Shown here: positions 1-9,711 of the stretch, one piece after another | Layout of the letters: each line of letters begins with the position of its first letter | Position numbering within the stretch: the stretch's first letter is position 1 | From: Nitrospiraceae bacterium | GTDB lineage: Bacteria; Nitrospirota; Nitrospiria; Nitrospirales; Nitrospiraceae | DNA: 64,000 nt | NCBI GenBank assembly: GCA_050246315.1 | Contig: JBFWWG010000001.1 | Coordinates: 192,001-256,000 of the forward strand | Reading direction: 5' to 3' | Translations under genes and position numbers: made by a program | Notes under the pieces: generated by a model | Told to the model about the DNA's origin: nothing | Databases searched by the model: none | Seen by the model: only the letters and a program-made list of their open reading frames with translations

Positions 1-454
1 CGAACCGGCGCTTGGCTACCCGGTCGGAAATCATGCCGTGGACGCGCGTGATGAGCACATCTTCATAGTGGGAGCGGTTGAAGATGCCGATCTGCCCCTT
101 TGCCGGCACCTCTTGATGGATGCGCCACAGAAAGTCATGGCTCAACTCTTTCTCGGACGGGGCCTTGAACGAGACGACCTTGCAGCCTTGCGGGTTGATG
201 CCCGAGAGGACGTGCTTGATCGTGCCGTCCTTGCCGCTGGTGTCCATGCCTTGCAGGACAATCAACAGGGCGCGATCTCCGTTCGCATAGAGCCGTTCCT
301 GTAGCGCGCTGATGCGTTCGATGAGCCGCGCCGTCTGCGCCTTGGCCTTCTCCTTGCTCCGCTCGTGCTTCTTGTAGTCGCCGGTCTCGTCGGGGTCCCA
401 GCGATCGATATGCAACCGCGTTCCGGGTGTGATGCGATAGGCGTTGCTGGTCAC
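1..454 (-). CDS. ppk2: Polyphosphate kinase 2 family protein (5' part; runs off the window edge)
   Basis: Not in the ORF track. Manual translation from GTG at 454 gives ...LQERLYANGDRALLIVLQGMDTSGKDGTIKHVLSGINPQG...HDFLWRIH...IFNRSHYEDVL, which contains the PPK2 Walker A and NRSHYE motifs. Confidence 0.9.
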   Translation of the reverse strand, partial: MTSNAYRITPGTRLHIDRWDPDETGDYKKHERSKEKAKAQTARLIERISALQERLYANGDRALLIVLQGMDTSGKDGTIKHVLSGINPQGCKVVSFKAPSEKELSHDFLWRIHQEVPAKGQIGIFNRSHYEDVLITRVHGMISDRVAKRRF

Positions 455-473
455 GGGTCGGGAGTCTTGGCCA

Positions 474-1265
474 TTACGGTGTGGTTCGCGGAGCGGGGGC
501 CGATTTGGGGGCCGCTCCTGGGGTCGCCGGCGCAGTCTTCCGAGTGTCGATCCCGCCCATGAGCGTGTCGTTGTCCATCCTCTTGTATCCAGGAGGCGGA
601 GCGAAGAGACTCTCTTCCAATCCCCGCGGCTCGATCTTCGTCGCCTCCAGTCGGGATTCCTCCTGGCCGTCTTTGCCTCGGACGATCACGCGCAAGGGAA
701 AGTCGCCGCTCTTGGCTTGATCCAGCAGCCAAGCCGGCAGCTCCAACGGACTCCTGGCATCGCCCGTCATCAACCCAGCCAGCGCCGGGTTACCGAGCCC
801 CTTGGCGAGACAGACTTCCTCGGACACCCCGTCGGTCTTGTCCTTCGAGACATACAGCTCGCAGATATGGCCGGCCACCTTTCCGGTTTTCCCGGTGCGG
901 GTGATGAGGAGATCGTCGAGCAGTTTCTTGGTCATCTCGGGGGGTAGGTCTTCCATGGGAAAGATATAGTACATCTGGTCATCGGGCTCGACGCCGAAGC
1001 CCTGTTGGGTCTTGGCGTCGAACACCAGCACGCCCTTATCGTCTGCGTCCGTGTCGTTCTCAAGCCGGAGCCGGTCGCCCTTGATCGCCAATACGTACTT
1101 CTCGGGCGTCCCCATGGCCGTGCTGCGCATCTTGATCAGTCCTTCGAAATCACCGGCGTGACCGGGCCCAGGCAGACCGGTGGTCGCGAGGCACGCAGCA
1201 AGCATCCACCGAATGCACACCAGAAGCTCCCTTCGACAGAATTCTCGAAGCACGAGAGGATTCAT
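474..1265 (-). CDS. Exported DUF4412-like protein
   Basis: Signal peptide, then GDFEGLI...TGKTGKVAGHICELY...F(A)PPPGYK. The ATG at 1265 overlaps the otsB stop (ATGA). Confidence 0.7.
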   Translation of the reverse strand: MNPLVLREFCRRELLVCIRWMLAACLATTGLPGPGHAGDFEGLIKMRSTAMGTPEKYVLAIKGDRLRLENDTDADDKGVLVFDAKTQQGFGVEPDDQMYYIFPMEDLPPEMTKKLLDDLLITRTGKTGKVAGHICELYVSKDKTDGVSEEVCLAKGLGNPALAGLMTGDARSPLELPAWLLDQAKSGDFPLRVIVRGKDGQEESRLEATKIEPRGLEESLFAPPPGYKRMDNDTLMGGIDTRKTAPATPGAAPKSAPAPRTTP

Positions 1266-2086
1266 CGCGCGACCGGCCGTCCGACCGTCATGATTCCCGG
1301 AGACTCGCCGATCGTGTGCGGAGACGACCGCGTTGACAGACGTTCCACCAGATCGGCCAGCAGACGCGCCACCTGCTCTTGATCGGCCAGGTAGAACTGG
1401 GCGCACGAGTCCCGCTTCTTTCCGATACGCACGGTCACCATGGGGGCATCGGAGAGCGCGAATACGTCTTCATCGGTCTCATCATCCCCCACATAGAGCG
1501 CCGTCGTCGTGTTGAGGTGGTGCATGAGCGAGCGAATCGCCGCTCCCTTATCGGGAGACCCGGCCGGGACGGCATTGACCACGCCTTTCCCCTGGATGAT
1601 CCGGGGCGCCGGGGTCAGGCGGGAGAGCGCCTCCTTCGCCTTCCGCCTCGCGCGCGCGCTGTTCCGCGTCCCCCGAAAATGAAGGGTGAGCGAATAGGTC
1701 TTGTCCTCAAGCGTGATGCCCTCGTCGTGAAGCTGGGCGACTGACCCTCCAAGCTGTTCTCGCCAGGATCGCGACACAACCTGGGCTTGGTCTCGGGCCG
1801 TTGTCTCATCCGGCGTTCCTTCCAGTCCGTGATTTCCAATGAGATAGGGCACGGTTCCGTCGATTCTCGATCGCAAATCCTCCAGCGCCCGTCCGGAGAC
1901 CACCGCCGTCGGAGCCAGCCGCCCAAGGTTGTGGAGCGCCTGTCGTACCTCCGGCCTGAGCTTGGCGCGGTCCCGTTCGCGGACAATCTCCGCCAGGGTG
2001 CCGTCGAAATCAAACGCATAGAGAGCTCTGGTCCGGCTGAGCGCCTCCAACTGCCCCAATCCTCTCTCGGAAAATAGCTCGATCAT
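1262..2086 (-). CDS. otsB: Trehalose-6-phosphate phosphatase (HAD family)
   Basis: Motifs FDFDGTL, VSGR, GNHGLE, DKG and YVGDDETDEDVF. Confidence 0.93.
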   Translation of the reverse strand: MIELFSERGLGQLEALSRTRALYAFDFDGTLAEIVRERDRAKLRPEVRQALHNLGRLAPTAVVSGRALEDLRSRIDGTVPYLIGNHGLEGTPDETTARDQAQVVSRSWREQLGGSVAQLHDEGITLEDKTYSLTLHFRGTRNSARARRKAKEALSRLTPAPRIIQGKGVVNAVPAGSPDKGAAIRSLMHHLNTTTALYVGDDETDEDVFALSDAPMVTVRIGKKRDSCAQFYLADQEQVARLLADLVERLSTRSSPHTIGESPGIMTVGRPVAR

Positions 2087-2286
2087 CGAAGGGATTCCCT
2101 CTCAGCCCGCGTTATTCATGCCGCGGGCTATTCATCGTATTATCGTGTCGTGTTATCGTAACTGCGCCGACGGAGAGACCCTCTCTCCGTATTTCTATTC
2201 CTCCGTGCCCATGGTCGCCCCCGGAGAAATCCCCTCGACTGGCCGGGCTCATCGCCACGGCGTATACACCGTGGCGGTAGGAGCCC

Positions 2287-4530
2287 TCATGAATAATGCG
2301 GGCTAATGGCTTGATCGGGCTGCGTGACCTTGCGCATCACCCGCTGGCGGTGCCGGATACGCGCCGCGTCCATCAACATGCGGCCGGCCCACCGGTAGAC
2401 GTTGAACTCCTGAATCAAACCTCTCATGCTGCGCATGCGCGTCCGTTGCTCGGCCGGCGGTATCGTTAAGGCTAAATGCAGAGCCGCCGCGCACTGGTCG
2501 ATATTGTAGGGGTTCACGACCAACGCCTCAGGCAATTCGCGAGCCGCACCGGTGAACTGGCTCAAGATCAGCACGCCCTGCTCGTCGTCCCGCGCGGCGA
2601 TGAATTCTTTCGCCACCAGATTCATGCCGTCGTGCAAGCTGCTCACCATGCAGAAGTCCGCCCCGCGATAGTATTCGAACGTTCGCGGCGGCTCGTGGTG
2701 CTCCATGTTGAGATAAATCGGCCGGTAATCCTCCCGTCCGAATCGCCGGTTGATCGTATCGGCCAAGGTTCGCACCTGGGCGGCGAATTGTTGGTACTGC
2801 TCGATGATCGAGCGGCTCGGTGCGGCCACCTGGACGAACGAGAACCGGCCGATCCATTCGGGCTGCAATTCCAGCAATCGCTCCACGGCCATAAACCGTT
2901 CGAGGATGCCTTTCGTATAGTCCAATCGGTCCAAGCCGATTCCGATCAGCCGCTCTGGCTCGATGCCGTGCCGCTCGCGGATTTGCCGACGGCATTCATC
3001 GATCGGCGGTTGACCGGCCAGCCAGCGGCTGGGCCATTCGATGGAGATGGGGTAGGGGTTCACCGCCGTGAGCTTGGTTCCGTATGAAATCTTCGAGCTG
3101 TCGCGGTCGATGCGGGCTTCCAGGTACCGATCGACACTGTCGAGAAAGTTGTTGCCGTGGACCCTGGTATGGAACCCCAGGATGCTACTGCCCAAGAGCC
3201 CGTCCAAGAGATCTTCCCGCCAGGGACAGATGCCGAACAGCTCGGCATTGGGCCAGGGAATGTGCCAGAAGGTGATGATGGTCGCATGGGGCAACCGCTC
3301 CCGGATCATCTTGGGGAGCAACGCAAAGTGATAGTCCTGGACCAGGACGACCGGATTGTCCGTCTTGGCTTCCGCCTGCACCGCCTGTGCAAAGCGTGCG
3401 TTGATCTCGACGTAGGCCTTCCAATCGGAGGAGCGGAACACCGGGCGGACATGGGCCAGGTGGCAGAGGGGCCAGATGCCTTCGTTGGCAAATCCATAGT
3501 AGTAGCCCATCTCCTCTTCCGCCGACATCCACACCCGGCGGATATCGTAGGACGGCTCGTCCGGAGGCACCCGCACATGGTCGCGGACATCGACGGCGTC
3601 GCGGTCGGCCGATCCGCTGCCGTGGGCGATCCAGGTGCCGGAACAGGCCCGCATCACCGGCTCCAGCGCCGTGACCAACCCGCTCGCCGGCACCTGGACC
3701 TCAATCTGATCTCCTCGCCAGTTATGGATATAGGGTTCGCGGTTGGACACGGTGAGCACTTCATCTCCCGCCAACTGATCATGCAGGATGCGGCGCAAGG
3801 CGATCGGCGTCCAACTGATCCGGCTCTCATCGCGCAGGCGGCGATCGGCCTCCAGGTCTTGAATTAAGGCACGCAGGTCCTTCGCCACCGGGCGCAACTC
3901 GGGGGCATGGTCTCTATCCGACGGCGCCAAGGGATTGTGCCCCTGCAGCAGATCCCGCACGCCCGCCACCCAGCCCCGCCAACTGACATGGGCCACCAAC
4001 ACGGTCACAAGCGAAATCACCGCACCCATGACGACAAACAGATAGAAGATATAGCGTTTAGTGTCGGCGCTCCGGCGTTCGACCCAGCTCATATCGTGAA
4101 CGAGAATCAGATGCCCGAGGAACCTCCCGTCTACACGAACCGTCTGCGAGGCGATGTGCACCGGCCCCGTCGTCAGCGGCAGGACGGTGGTCCGATCCGG
4201 CGCCACGCTGTTGGGACCTGTACAGGGAATGGCGTCCGGGTAGGTCTGCGTCTTGTACAGCAGGCGCTCGGCCTGATCGCAGAGGCCGATCGCGTACAGC
4301 CGCTCGTCTTGAATGACGCGATGAAAATACGCGAGCAGCTTGCCCTTCGCTTGGTTGGCCAGCATCTCGGCGACGGGTCCTTCCATGGTGCTGGCGATCA
4401 GTTTCGAGCGAATATCCAAATCGCGCACGAACCACTTGAGCGCGAAGGTATCGACCAGGGGAATCACCGCGTAGGCGAGCAAGGCGAGGACGATCGCGAG
4501 GGGGAGAAGAAACCGGAGGGACAGACGCAT
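2287..4530 (-). CDS. otsA: Trehalose-6-phosphate synthase (GT20) with an N-terminal 2-TM/extracytoplasmic module
   Basis: GT20 motifs [25 protein letters not shown] and [10 protein letters not shown]. The ~250-aa N-terminal extension has two hydrophobic helices. Confidence 0.92.
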   Translation of the reverse strand: MRLSLRFLLPLAIVLALLAYAVIPLVDTFALKWFVRDLDIRSKLIASTMEGPVAEMLANQAKGKLLAYFHRVIQDERLYAIGLCDQAERLLYKTQTYPDAIPCTGPNSVAPDRTTVLPLTTGPVHIASQTVRVDGRFLGHLILVHDMSWVERRSADTKRYIFYLFVVMGAVISLVTVLVAHVSWRGWVAGVRDLLQGHNPLAPSDRDHAPELRPVAKDLRALIQDLEADRRLRDESRISWTPIALRRILHDQLAGDEVLTVSNREPYIHNWRGDQIEVQVPASGLVTALEPVMRACSGTWIAHGSGSADRDAVDVRDHVRVPPDEPSYDIRRVWMSAEEEMGYYYGFANEGIWPLCHLAHVRPVFRSSDWKAYVEINARFAQAVQAEAKTDNPVVLVQDYHFALLPKMIRERLPHATIITFWHIPWPNAELFGICPWREDLLDGLLGSSILGFHTRVHGNNFLDSVDRYLEARIDRDSSKISYGTKLTAVNPYPISIEWPSRWLAGQPPIDECRRQIRERHGIEPERLIGIGLDRLDYTKGILERFMAVERLLELQPEWIGRFSFVQVAAPSRSIIEQYQQFAAQVRTLADTINRRFGREDYRPIYLNMEHHEPPRTFEYYRGADFCMVSSLHDGMNLVAKEFIAARDDEQGVLILSQFTGAARELPEALVVNPYNIDQCAAALHLALTIPPAEQRTRMRSMRGLIQEFNVYRWAGRMLMDAARIRHRQRVMRKVTQPDQAISPHYS

Positions 4531-4543
4531 GACAAAACCTTAG

Positions 4544-4572
4544 TTTACTTCAGCAGGCAAATCAAATATTGT
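4544..4572 (+). promoter_or_regulatory. Putative sigma70 promoter of the GH15 gene
   Basis: TTTACT-N17-TATTGT, ending 8 nt before the ATG at 4581. Confidence 0.5.
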
Positions 4573-4580
4573 TTCGGACT

Positions 4581-6365
4581 ATGTACCCCTACGGCCTGAT
4601 CGGCAACTGCCAGATGTCCGCGCTCGTAAGCGACCAAGGTTCGGTCGATTGGATGTGTCTGCCTCGACCCGACAGCCCGCCGGTGTTCGGGCGGCTGCTC
4701 GATCCGGAGGGCGGGCACTTTTCGATCACGAGCCCGACCCCGTCGGATCACATTCGTGCGTCGCAACTCTATCTGCCCAACACCAACATCCTGGTGACCA
4801 CCGTCACCCTCGGCAACGGCGACGCCTTCGCGATCACGGATTTCTGCCCGCGATTCGAACAATACGGGCGGATGTATCGGCCATATGCCTTGTTTCGCAT
4901 CGTGGAGGCGGTCTCCGGCACCCCGTCCGTGGTGGTCAGTTGCCGGCCGGTCAACGGCTGGGACAAGACGCCCGCGCAGCCGATTCGTGGCAGCAACCAT
5001 ATTCGGTACGACGTCCGCGGCGAGGCCCTGCGCCTGCTCACCAACATGCCCCTGACCTACCTCAGCGAGGAAACGCCGGTGGCGCTGACACGAACGCTCT
5101 ACTTCGGGCTCACCTGGGGGTTGGGAATCGAAGACGACCTGGTCAAGGTGAGCCACGAGTTTCTGGAACAAACGACACGCTACTGGCGCCTGTGGGTCAA
5201 GAACTGTTCGGTCCCGCTGCTCTTTCAGCAGGAGGTCATTCGTTCGGCGCTCGTGCTGAAGCTGCATTGCTATGAGGATACCGGCGCGATTCTTGCGGCC
5301 CTCACGACAAGCCTTCCCGAGCAGGTGGGCGGCACCCGTAACTGGGATTACCGCTTTTGCTGGCTGCGGGACGCCTATTACTCGCTCACAGCCTTCCACA
5401 ACTTGGGGCACTTTGAGGAGATGGAGGCGTTTCTGCAATTCCTCCTGAACATTGCCCACGCCCATGGAGAATCGCGCGACCGTCTGCGCCCCGTCTACAG
5501 CCTCGGCCAGAGTTTGCCGCTGCCGGAAACCGAGCATACGAACTGGAAAGGCTACCAGGGCAGCACGCCCGTGCGGAGCTGCAACCAGGCGGCCGAGCAG
5601 GTCCAGAACGATGCCTACGGCGAGATGATCCTCACGTTTGCGCCGATCTTCTTCGACGAACGGTTCATCGATCTGCGCACCAAGCATCTTGAGGGATTGC
5701 TGGCGCATCTGGCGCAACTCTGCATCCGGAGCATCGGCCAGCCGGACGCAGGGCTCTGGGAGATTCGCGGCGGCTGGCGGGAACATTCCTTCACCAACCT
5801 GATGTGTTGGGCCGGGTTGGAACGGCTGGAACGGATCAAGCGCGCGGGCTACCTAGGCTCCTTTGCGCTGGACCTGGGCGCCTCCCGCATTCGCGCGGCG
5901 GAGGCCTTGCTGCGCGCCGTGAAAGAGGGCGTGGTCCGCAACGGACCGGCGGACGACAGCTTCGACGCGGCCTTGGCCCAACTGCCGATCTTCGGGTATC
6001 CCAACGTGCCTCTCTGTGAAGCCACCACCTTGCAGATTGTTCGAGAACTGTCCCTTCGCGTGGACGACAAGGACACGGGTTTCTTCTATCGGTATGTCCA
6101 CGAGGACGATTTCGGCAAGCCCGACGGCGGCTTTGTCATCTGTTCCTTCTGGGTCGCCCAAGCCCTCGCCCGGCTCGGCCGGATCGCGCAGGCGCGCCAG
6201 GTGCTCTCCGGCGTAATGGCGGGCTCCAACGGGCTGGGGCTGTTCTCGGAACATTTCATTCCCGCCACGCAAACCCAATGCGGCAACTTTCCGCAAGCCT
6301 ACTCGCACGTCGGCCTCATCAACGGGGCCTTCGCCGCCAGCCCCCCATGGAGCGAAGTCTTGTAG
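4581..6365 (+). CDS. Glycoside hydrolase family 15 (probable trehalase)
   Basis: Motifs YGLIGNC, TTSLPE, RNWDYRFCWLRDA, GLFSEH and GNFPQAYSHVGLIN. Divergent from otsA. Confidence 0.92.
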   Translation: MYPYGLIGNCQMSALVSDQGSVDWMCLPRPDSPPVFGRLLDPEGGHFSITSPTPSDHIRASQLYLPNTNILVTTVTLGNGDAFAITDFCPRFEQYGRMYRPYALFRIVEAVSGTPSVVVSCRPVNGWDKTPAQPIRGSNHIRYDVRGEALRLLTNMPLTYLSEETPVALTRTLYFGLTWGLGIEDDLVKVSHEFLEQTTRYWRLWVKNCSVPLLFQQEVIRSALVLKLHCYEDTGAILAALTTSLPEQVGGTRNWDYRFCWLRDAYYSLTAFHNLGHFEEMEAFLQFLLNIAHAHGESRDRLRPVYSLGQSLPLPETEHTNWKGYQGSTPVRSCNQAAEQVQNDAYGEMILTFAPIFFDERFIDLRTKHLEGLLAHLAQLCIRSIGQPDAGLWEIRGGWREHSFTNLMCWAGLERLERIKRAGYLGSFALDLGASRIRAAEALLRAVKEGVVRNGPADDSFDAALAQLPIFGYPNVPLCEATTLQIVRELSLRVDDKDTGFFYRYVHEDDFGKPDGGFVICSFWVAQALARLGRIAQARQVLSGVMAGSNGLGLFSEHFIPATQTQCGNFPQAYSHVGLINGAFAASPPWSEVL

Positions 6366-6497
6366 CGCCGCACGACCCATCCCTGCTGCACCGGTCCATT
6401 TCCCGGCATGACCTGGACATGAATGCGACCTGACGGCAGATGGCGCCATCGCACGGTTCATAAACGGTACACCTAACATGAAGAGGAGCACTCGACG

Positions 6498-6989
6498 ATG
6501 ATCAAGGACGTGACCGGAGACATTCTCTTATCGAAAGCGGAAGCCATTGCGCACGGCGTGGCCCCGCATGATGATTTCAAGCAGGGTCTGGCCCTCCAAC
6601 TCAGAGAACAGTGGCCGGGCATGTACAAGGATTTCCGTCACTACTGCCAGACCGTGAATCCGAAGTCCGGCACGGTCTGGTCCTGGAAAGGCCCCAACGC
6701 CCCGATCATCATCAACCTCCTCACACAGGAGCCTCCGCCCGATCACCAAAGCCGTCCGGGCAAGGCGACCCTGCCGAACGTCAACCGCGCGCTTCAGGCG
6801 CTGAAGAAGGAAGTCCAGACGCATGGGATCAAGAGCCTGGCGATCACCAGGGTGGCCACCGGCGTCGGCGGCCTCACGTGGGACGAGGTGCGCCCGCTGA
6901 TCACGCAAGTGCTCGGCGACCTCAAGACTCCGGTCTACGTTTATTCGACGTACAAGAAGGGCGTCGCGGCCGAGGAGGTATGGCCGTAG
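6498..6989 (+). CDS. Macro domain protein (TARG1/OARD1/DarG-like ADP-ribose processing)
   Basis: GDIL...AIAHGV...GLALQL...IINLLTQ...SLAITRVATGVGGLTW. Shine-Dalgarno GAGGAG. Confidence 0.85.
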   Translation: MIKDVTGDILLSKAEAIAHGVAPHDDFKQGLALQLREQWPGMYKDFRHYCQTVNPKSGTVWSWKGPNAPIIINLLTQEPPPDHQSRPGKATLPNVNRALQALKKEVQTHGIKSLAITRVATGVGGLTWDEVRPLITQVLGDLKTPVYVYSTYKKGVAAEEVWP

Positions 6990-7201
6990 GGGGCAGAGTT
7001 GACGGCCAGTCATCAAGCCGATTTTCTCTGTCTCATGCCACCCGGCTGTCTCAGTAGGGCCTCTTTTCCCCTCCCGATCATTTCTCGATTCCGGAACCCT
7101 GCTTCGTCAACTTACGGCGGATTACGCAGGTGCTTGGCGAGCCAGCCCTCTCCCCTTGGCGCCATTGGTGCTAGGCTTTCCGACCAAATCCCCAGAACCG
7201 A

Positions 7202-7297
7202 CGGCAGAAGGACGAGTTGCTGGATCGGATCAGTCAGCGACTGGGGCCGAAGATGGATCAAGCGCCGCTCTTTACCTTGCGATGGACACGGGCGTGA
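7202..7297 (+). pseudogene. C-terminal remnant of an SNF2-type helicase of the kind found before type III RM operons
   Basis: Translates to RQKDELLDRISQRLGPKMDQAPLFTLRWTRA*, resembling the recalled ...LFTIRW C-terminus of that family. Lies upstream of the mod/res remnants. Confidence 0.55.
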
Positions 7298-7471
7298 ACG
7301 TGGCGAACTCGAAAGCCTGGAAACTTCCGAGCGCTTTCGAGTCGAATTCCAAACGCTTACCTCCGGCGTTTCCCCCTGTCCCCGCGCTTTCAATCGGCCG
7401 GGCTCAAAGGTTTCAATTAGCCGGTCACTAACCTTGCACTTAGCCGACACATAACGTTACAATTGGCCGCC

Positions 7472-8719
7472 ATGACGGCACCTGCGTACTACCCACGCTT
7501 TGCCGAGTCCTCTCTCACCGAAGCGCTGGCGGATACGCCGGTCGTCCTGATCCATGGACCGCGGCAATCCGGCAAAACCACGCTGGCGCAAAAGGTCGGC
7601 GAGGCCCGAGGGTACAGCTACTTCAGCTTTGACGATCACGTCGTCTTGACATCGGCGCAAGCCGATCCGGTCGGTTTCATCGGCGATCTGCCCGAACGAA
7701 CCATCCTCGACGAGATCCAGCGCGCGCCGCAGCTCTTCACCGCCATCAAGACCGCCGTCGATCGCCGTCGCACGCCGGGGCGATTCATCCTGACCGGATC
7801 GGCCAACGTGTTGCTGGTTCCCAGGCTTGCCGATTCCCTCGCCGGACGCATGGAGATCCTGCGACTCCACCCGCTGGCGCAGAGCGAACTCGCTGCCCGC
7901 TCGTCGCCCTTTCTCGACCGACTCTTCACCGGAAAGTTCAAGACGAGGACCTACGAGCGCCTCGGGACCGCTCTGATCGAACGACTCGCCGCCGGTGGCT
8001 ACCCGGCCGCTCTGGCTCGACCCACACCGCGCCGTCGCACCGCCTGGTATCGTGACTACATCGAGACCATCGTCCAACGTGACGTACGGGACCTCGCGCG
8101 GATCGGCGCGCTCGACACGCTGCCACGCCTGCTTGCCCTGGCGGCAGGGCAGACGGCGCGGCTTCTCAACTTCAGCGACCTGGCGAGCCCGTTCCAATTG
8201 AGCCGGCCGACGATCCGGGACTATGTCACACTGCTCGAACGTGTATTCCTACTGGAGCCGCTCCCGCCGTGGCATAGTAACCGGCTGAGTCGTCTGATTA
8301 AGACACCGAAGCTCCATCTCGGAGATACGGGGGTCGCCTGTGCGCTGCTGGGGCTCGACGCGGTCGGGCTCGCCCGGGACCGATCCATGCTCGGTCAACT
8401 GCTGGAAACCTTCGTGTTCCAGGAACTGCGGCGGCAGGCGAGCTGGCACGAGATGCCCATCACCTTTCATCATTTCCGGGACAAAGACGGCGCCGAGGTC
8501 GACATGGTCCTGGAGCGCGGCGCCCACGAAGTGGCCGGGGTCGAAGTGAAAGCGGCGGCTACTGTCACGGAGGCGGACTTCCGGGGCCTTCGCAAGCTCC
8601 GGGAGGCGGCCCGCACACGCTTCACGTCGGGCGTGGTGCTGTACGACGGCGAGGCGAGCGCGGGTTTCGGTGAGGGGTTCTACGCCGTGCCGATCCGGCT
8701 GCTGTGGGAGATGGCATGA
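7472..8719 (+). CDS. AAA_14 ATPase with DUF4143 C-terminal (nuclease-like) domain
   Basis: Walker A GPRQSGKTT, Walker B ILDEIQ, ILTGS, KTPKLHLGDTG and FRDKDGAEVD...VEVK. Confidence 0.9.
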   Translation: MTAPAYYPRFAESSLTEALADTPVVLIHGPRQSGKTTLAQKVGEARGYSYFSFDDHVVLTSAQADPVGFIGDLPERTILDEIQRAPQLFTAIKTAVDRRRTPGRFILTGSANVLLVPRLADSLAGRMEILRLHPLAQSELAARSSPFLDRLFTGKFKTRTYERLGTALIERLAAGGYPAALARPTPRRRTAWYRDYIETIVQRDVRDLARIGALDTLPRLLALAAGQTARLLNFSDLASPFQLSRPTIRDYVTLLERVFLLEPLPPWHSNRLSRLIKTPKLHLGDTGVACALLGLDAVGLARDRSMLGQLLETFVFQELRRQASWHEMPITFHHFRDKDGAEVDMVLERGAHEVAGVEVKAAATVTEADFRGLRKLREAARTRFTSGVVLYDGEASAGFGEGFYAVPIRLLWEMA

Positions 8720-8756
8720 ATCCGGCGTCATGGCCCATATCAAGCGAGGGACCACC

Positions 8757-9451
8757 ATGACGAATGATCAGCCCGACAAGCTCGACCTCCGGTCCCACGA
8801 CATCGCCGAGGAGAAGCGGCAGGAGCTGCTGAGGCCGTCCTCACGCTCAATGCTTGCGGCGAGGGGGAGAGAAGGTTCTTGTTGATACAACTTCCGGAGC
8901 CGACCACACAGGATGTCTATCCGACAATCGCCGAAATATCCAAGGAGCGTGTCCGGCGTGTGATCAGGGAACTTCAGGAAAACGGCGCGGGAGAATTGGA
9001 TCTGAACGACGGCACTGACAGCGACCGCGGCTTCAAGGTCTTCAAACTGGCCGAATCCAACTTCACGCCTTGGGATTCCGAAGCGCCCACGGATGCCGAG
9101 TCGCTGGCCAAGCAGCTCGAACTGCACATTCACCACATTCGGGACGGCCGCACCGAGCAGGACATCCTGTTTGAGCTTCTGCTCAAAAGCGGCTTTCCGC
9201 TCACCACGCCGGTGGAGAAGCTCTCGCTTCCCCTCACCCCGACCCTCTCCCAAGGGGAGAGGGTCACTTCAAAGACCGTGTACAGCGTCGCCAATGGTGC
9301 GATGCTGATCTGTCTGAAGCGCGAACTGACTCTGGAACTGATCCGCGCCATGGCGGACAAGCAGCCCGAACGCGTGGTGTGCCTCGACGAAGGCTTTGCC
9401 GGGAACGATCAGCTCAAGGCGAACGCCGTGCAAATCTTCAAAACCAAAGGA
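8757..9451 (+). pseudogene. mod: Type III restriction-modification Mod subunit, internally deleted
   Basis: N-terminus MTNDQPDKLDLRSHDIAEEKRQELLR is joined to the C-terminus RRFLLIQLPE...TIAEISKERVRR...DRGFKVFKL...LFELLLKSG...FAGNDQLKANAVQ. The catalytic DPPY region is absent. Confidence 0.8.
9230..9264 (+). repeat. REP-like hairpin inserted in frame in mod
   Basis: CCCCTCACCCCGACCCTCTCCCAAGGGGAGAGGGT, with stem ACCCTCTCCC/GGGAGAGGGT; encodes PLTPTLSQGERV. Confidence 0.7.
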
Positions 9452-9599
9452 AGCCCTCACGATCATCGCGGGAAGGTTGCCGCCCAGGGTTTTGGGGTTT
9501 GTCATGGAACGGGCGGCTCTACACCGCCAGGAGCTGATGGAAGACTGGGAACTGGCCCGTCGGCAAGTCGATCTCAACCGCATTGCACCACTGGAGTAA
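9452..9599 (+). pseudogene. DUF4160 family protein, 3' fragment
   Basis: IIAGRLPPRVLGFVMERAALHRQELMEDWELARRQVDLNRIAPLE*. Confidence 0.7.
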
Positions 9600-9606
9600 C
9601 CACTAT

Positions 9607-9711
9607 ATGTTTTTCATCGACGTCGTCGCTGTCACACCGATGGATGGACATCGGCTCGAACTAACCTTCGACGCCAACCAGCAGTTTCAGCTCGATGCGG
9701 TCCCTCCATAG
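9607..9711 (+). pseudogene. Chimera of a DUF2442 N-terminus and a type III Res N-terminus
   Basis: MFFIDVVAVTPMDGHRLELT (DUF2442-like) continues in frame into FDANQQFQLDAV (like the start of type III Res), then stops. Confidence 0.6.

Noticed and set aside
4545..5786. Long antisense ORFs (also 18354-19487, 35961-36968, 47252-48112 and others)
   Set aside because: They are shadow frames opposite well-supported genes, typical of high-GC codon bias
6980..7200. Duplicated tmRNA 3' end (att site) marking the far island boundary
   Set aside because: No convincing copy of TGGTGGAGGCG was found by eye
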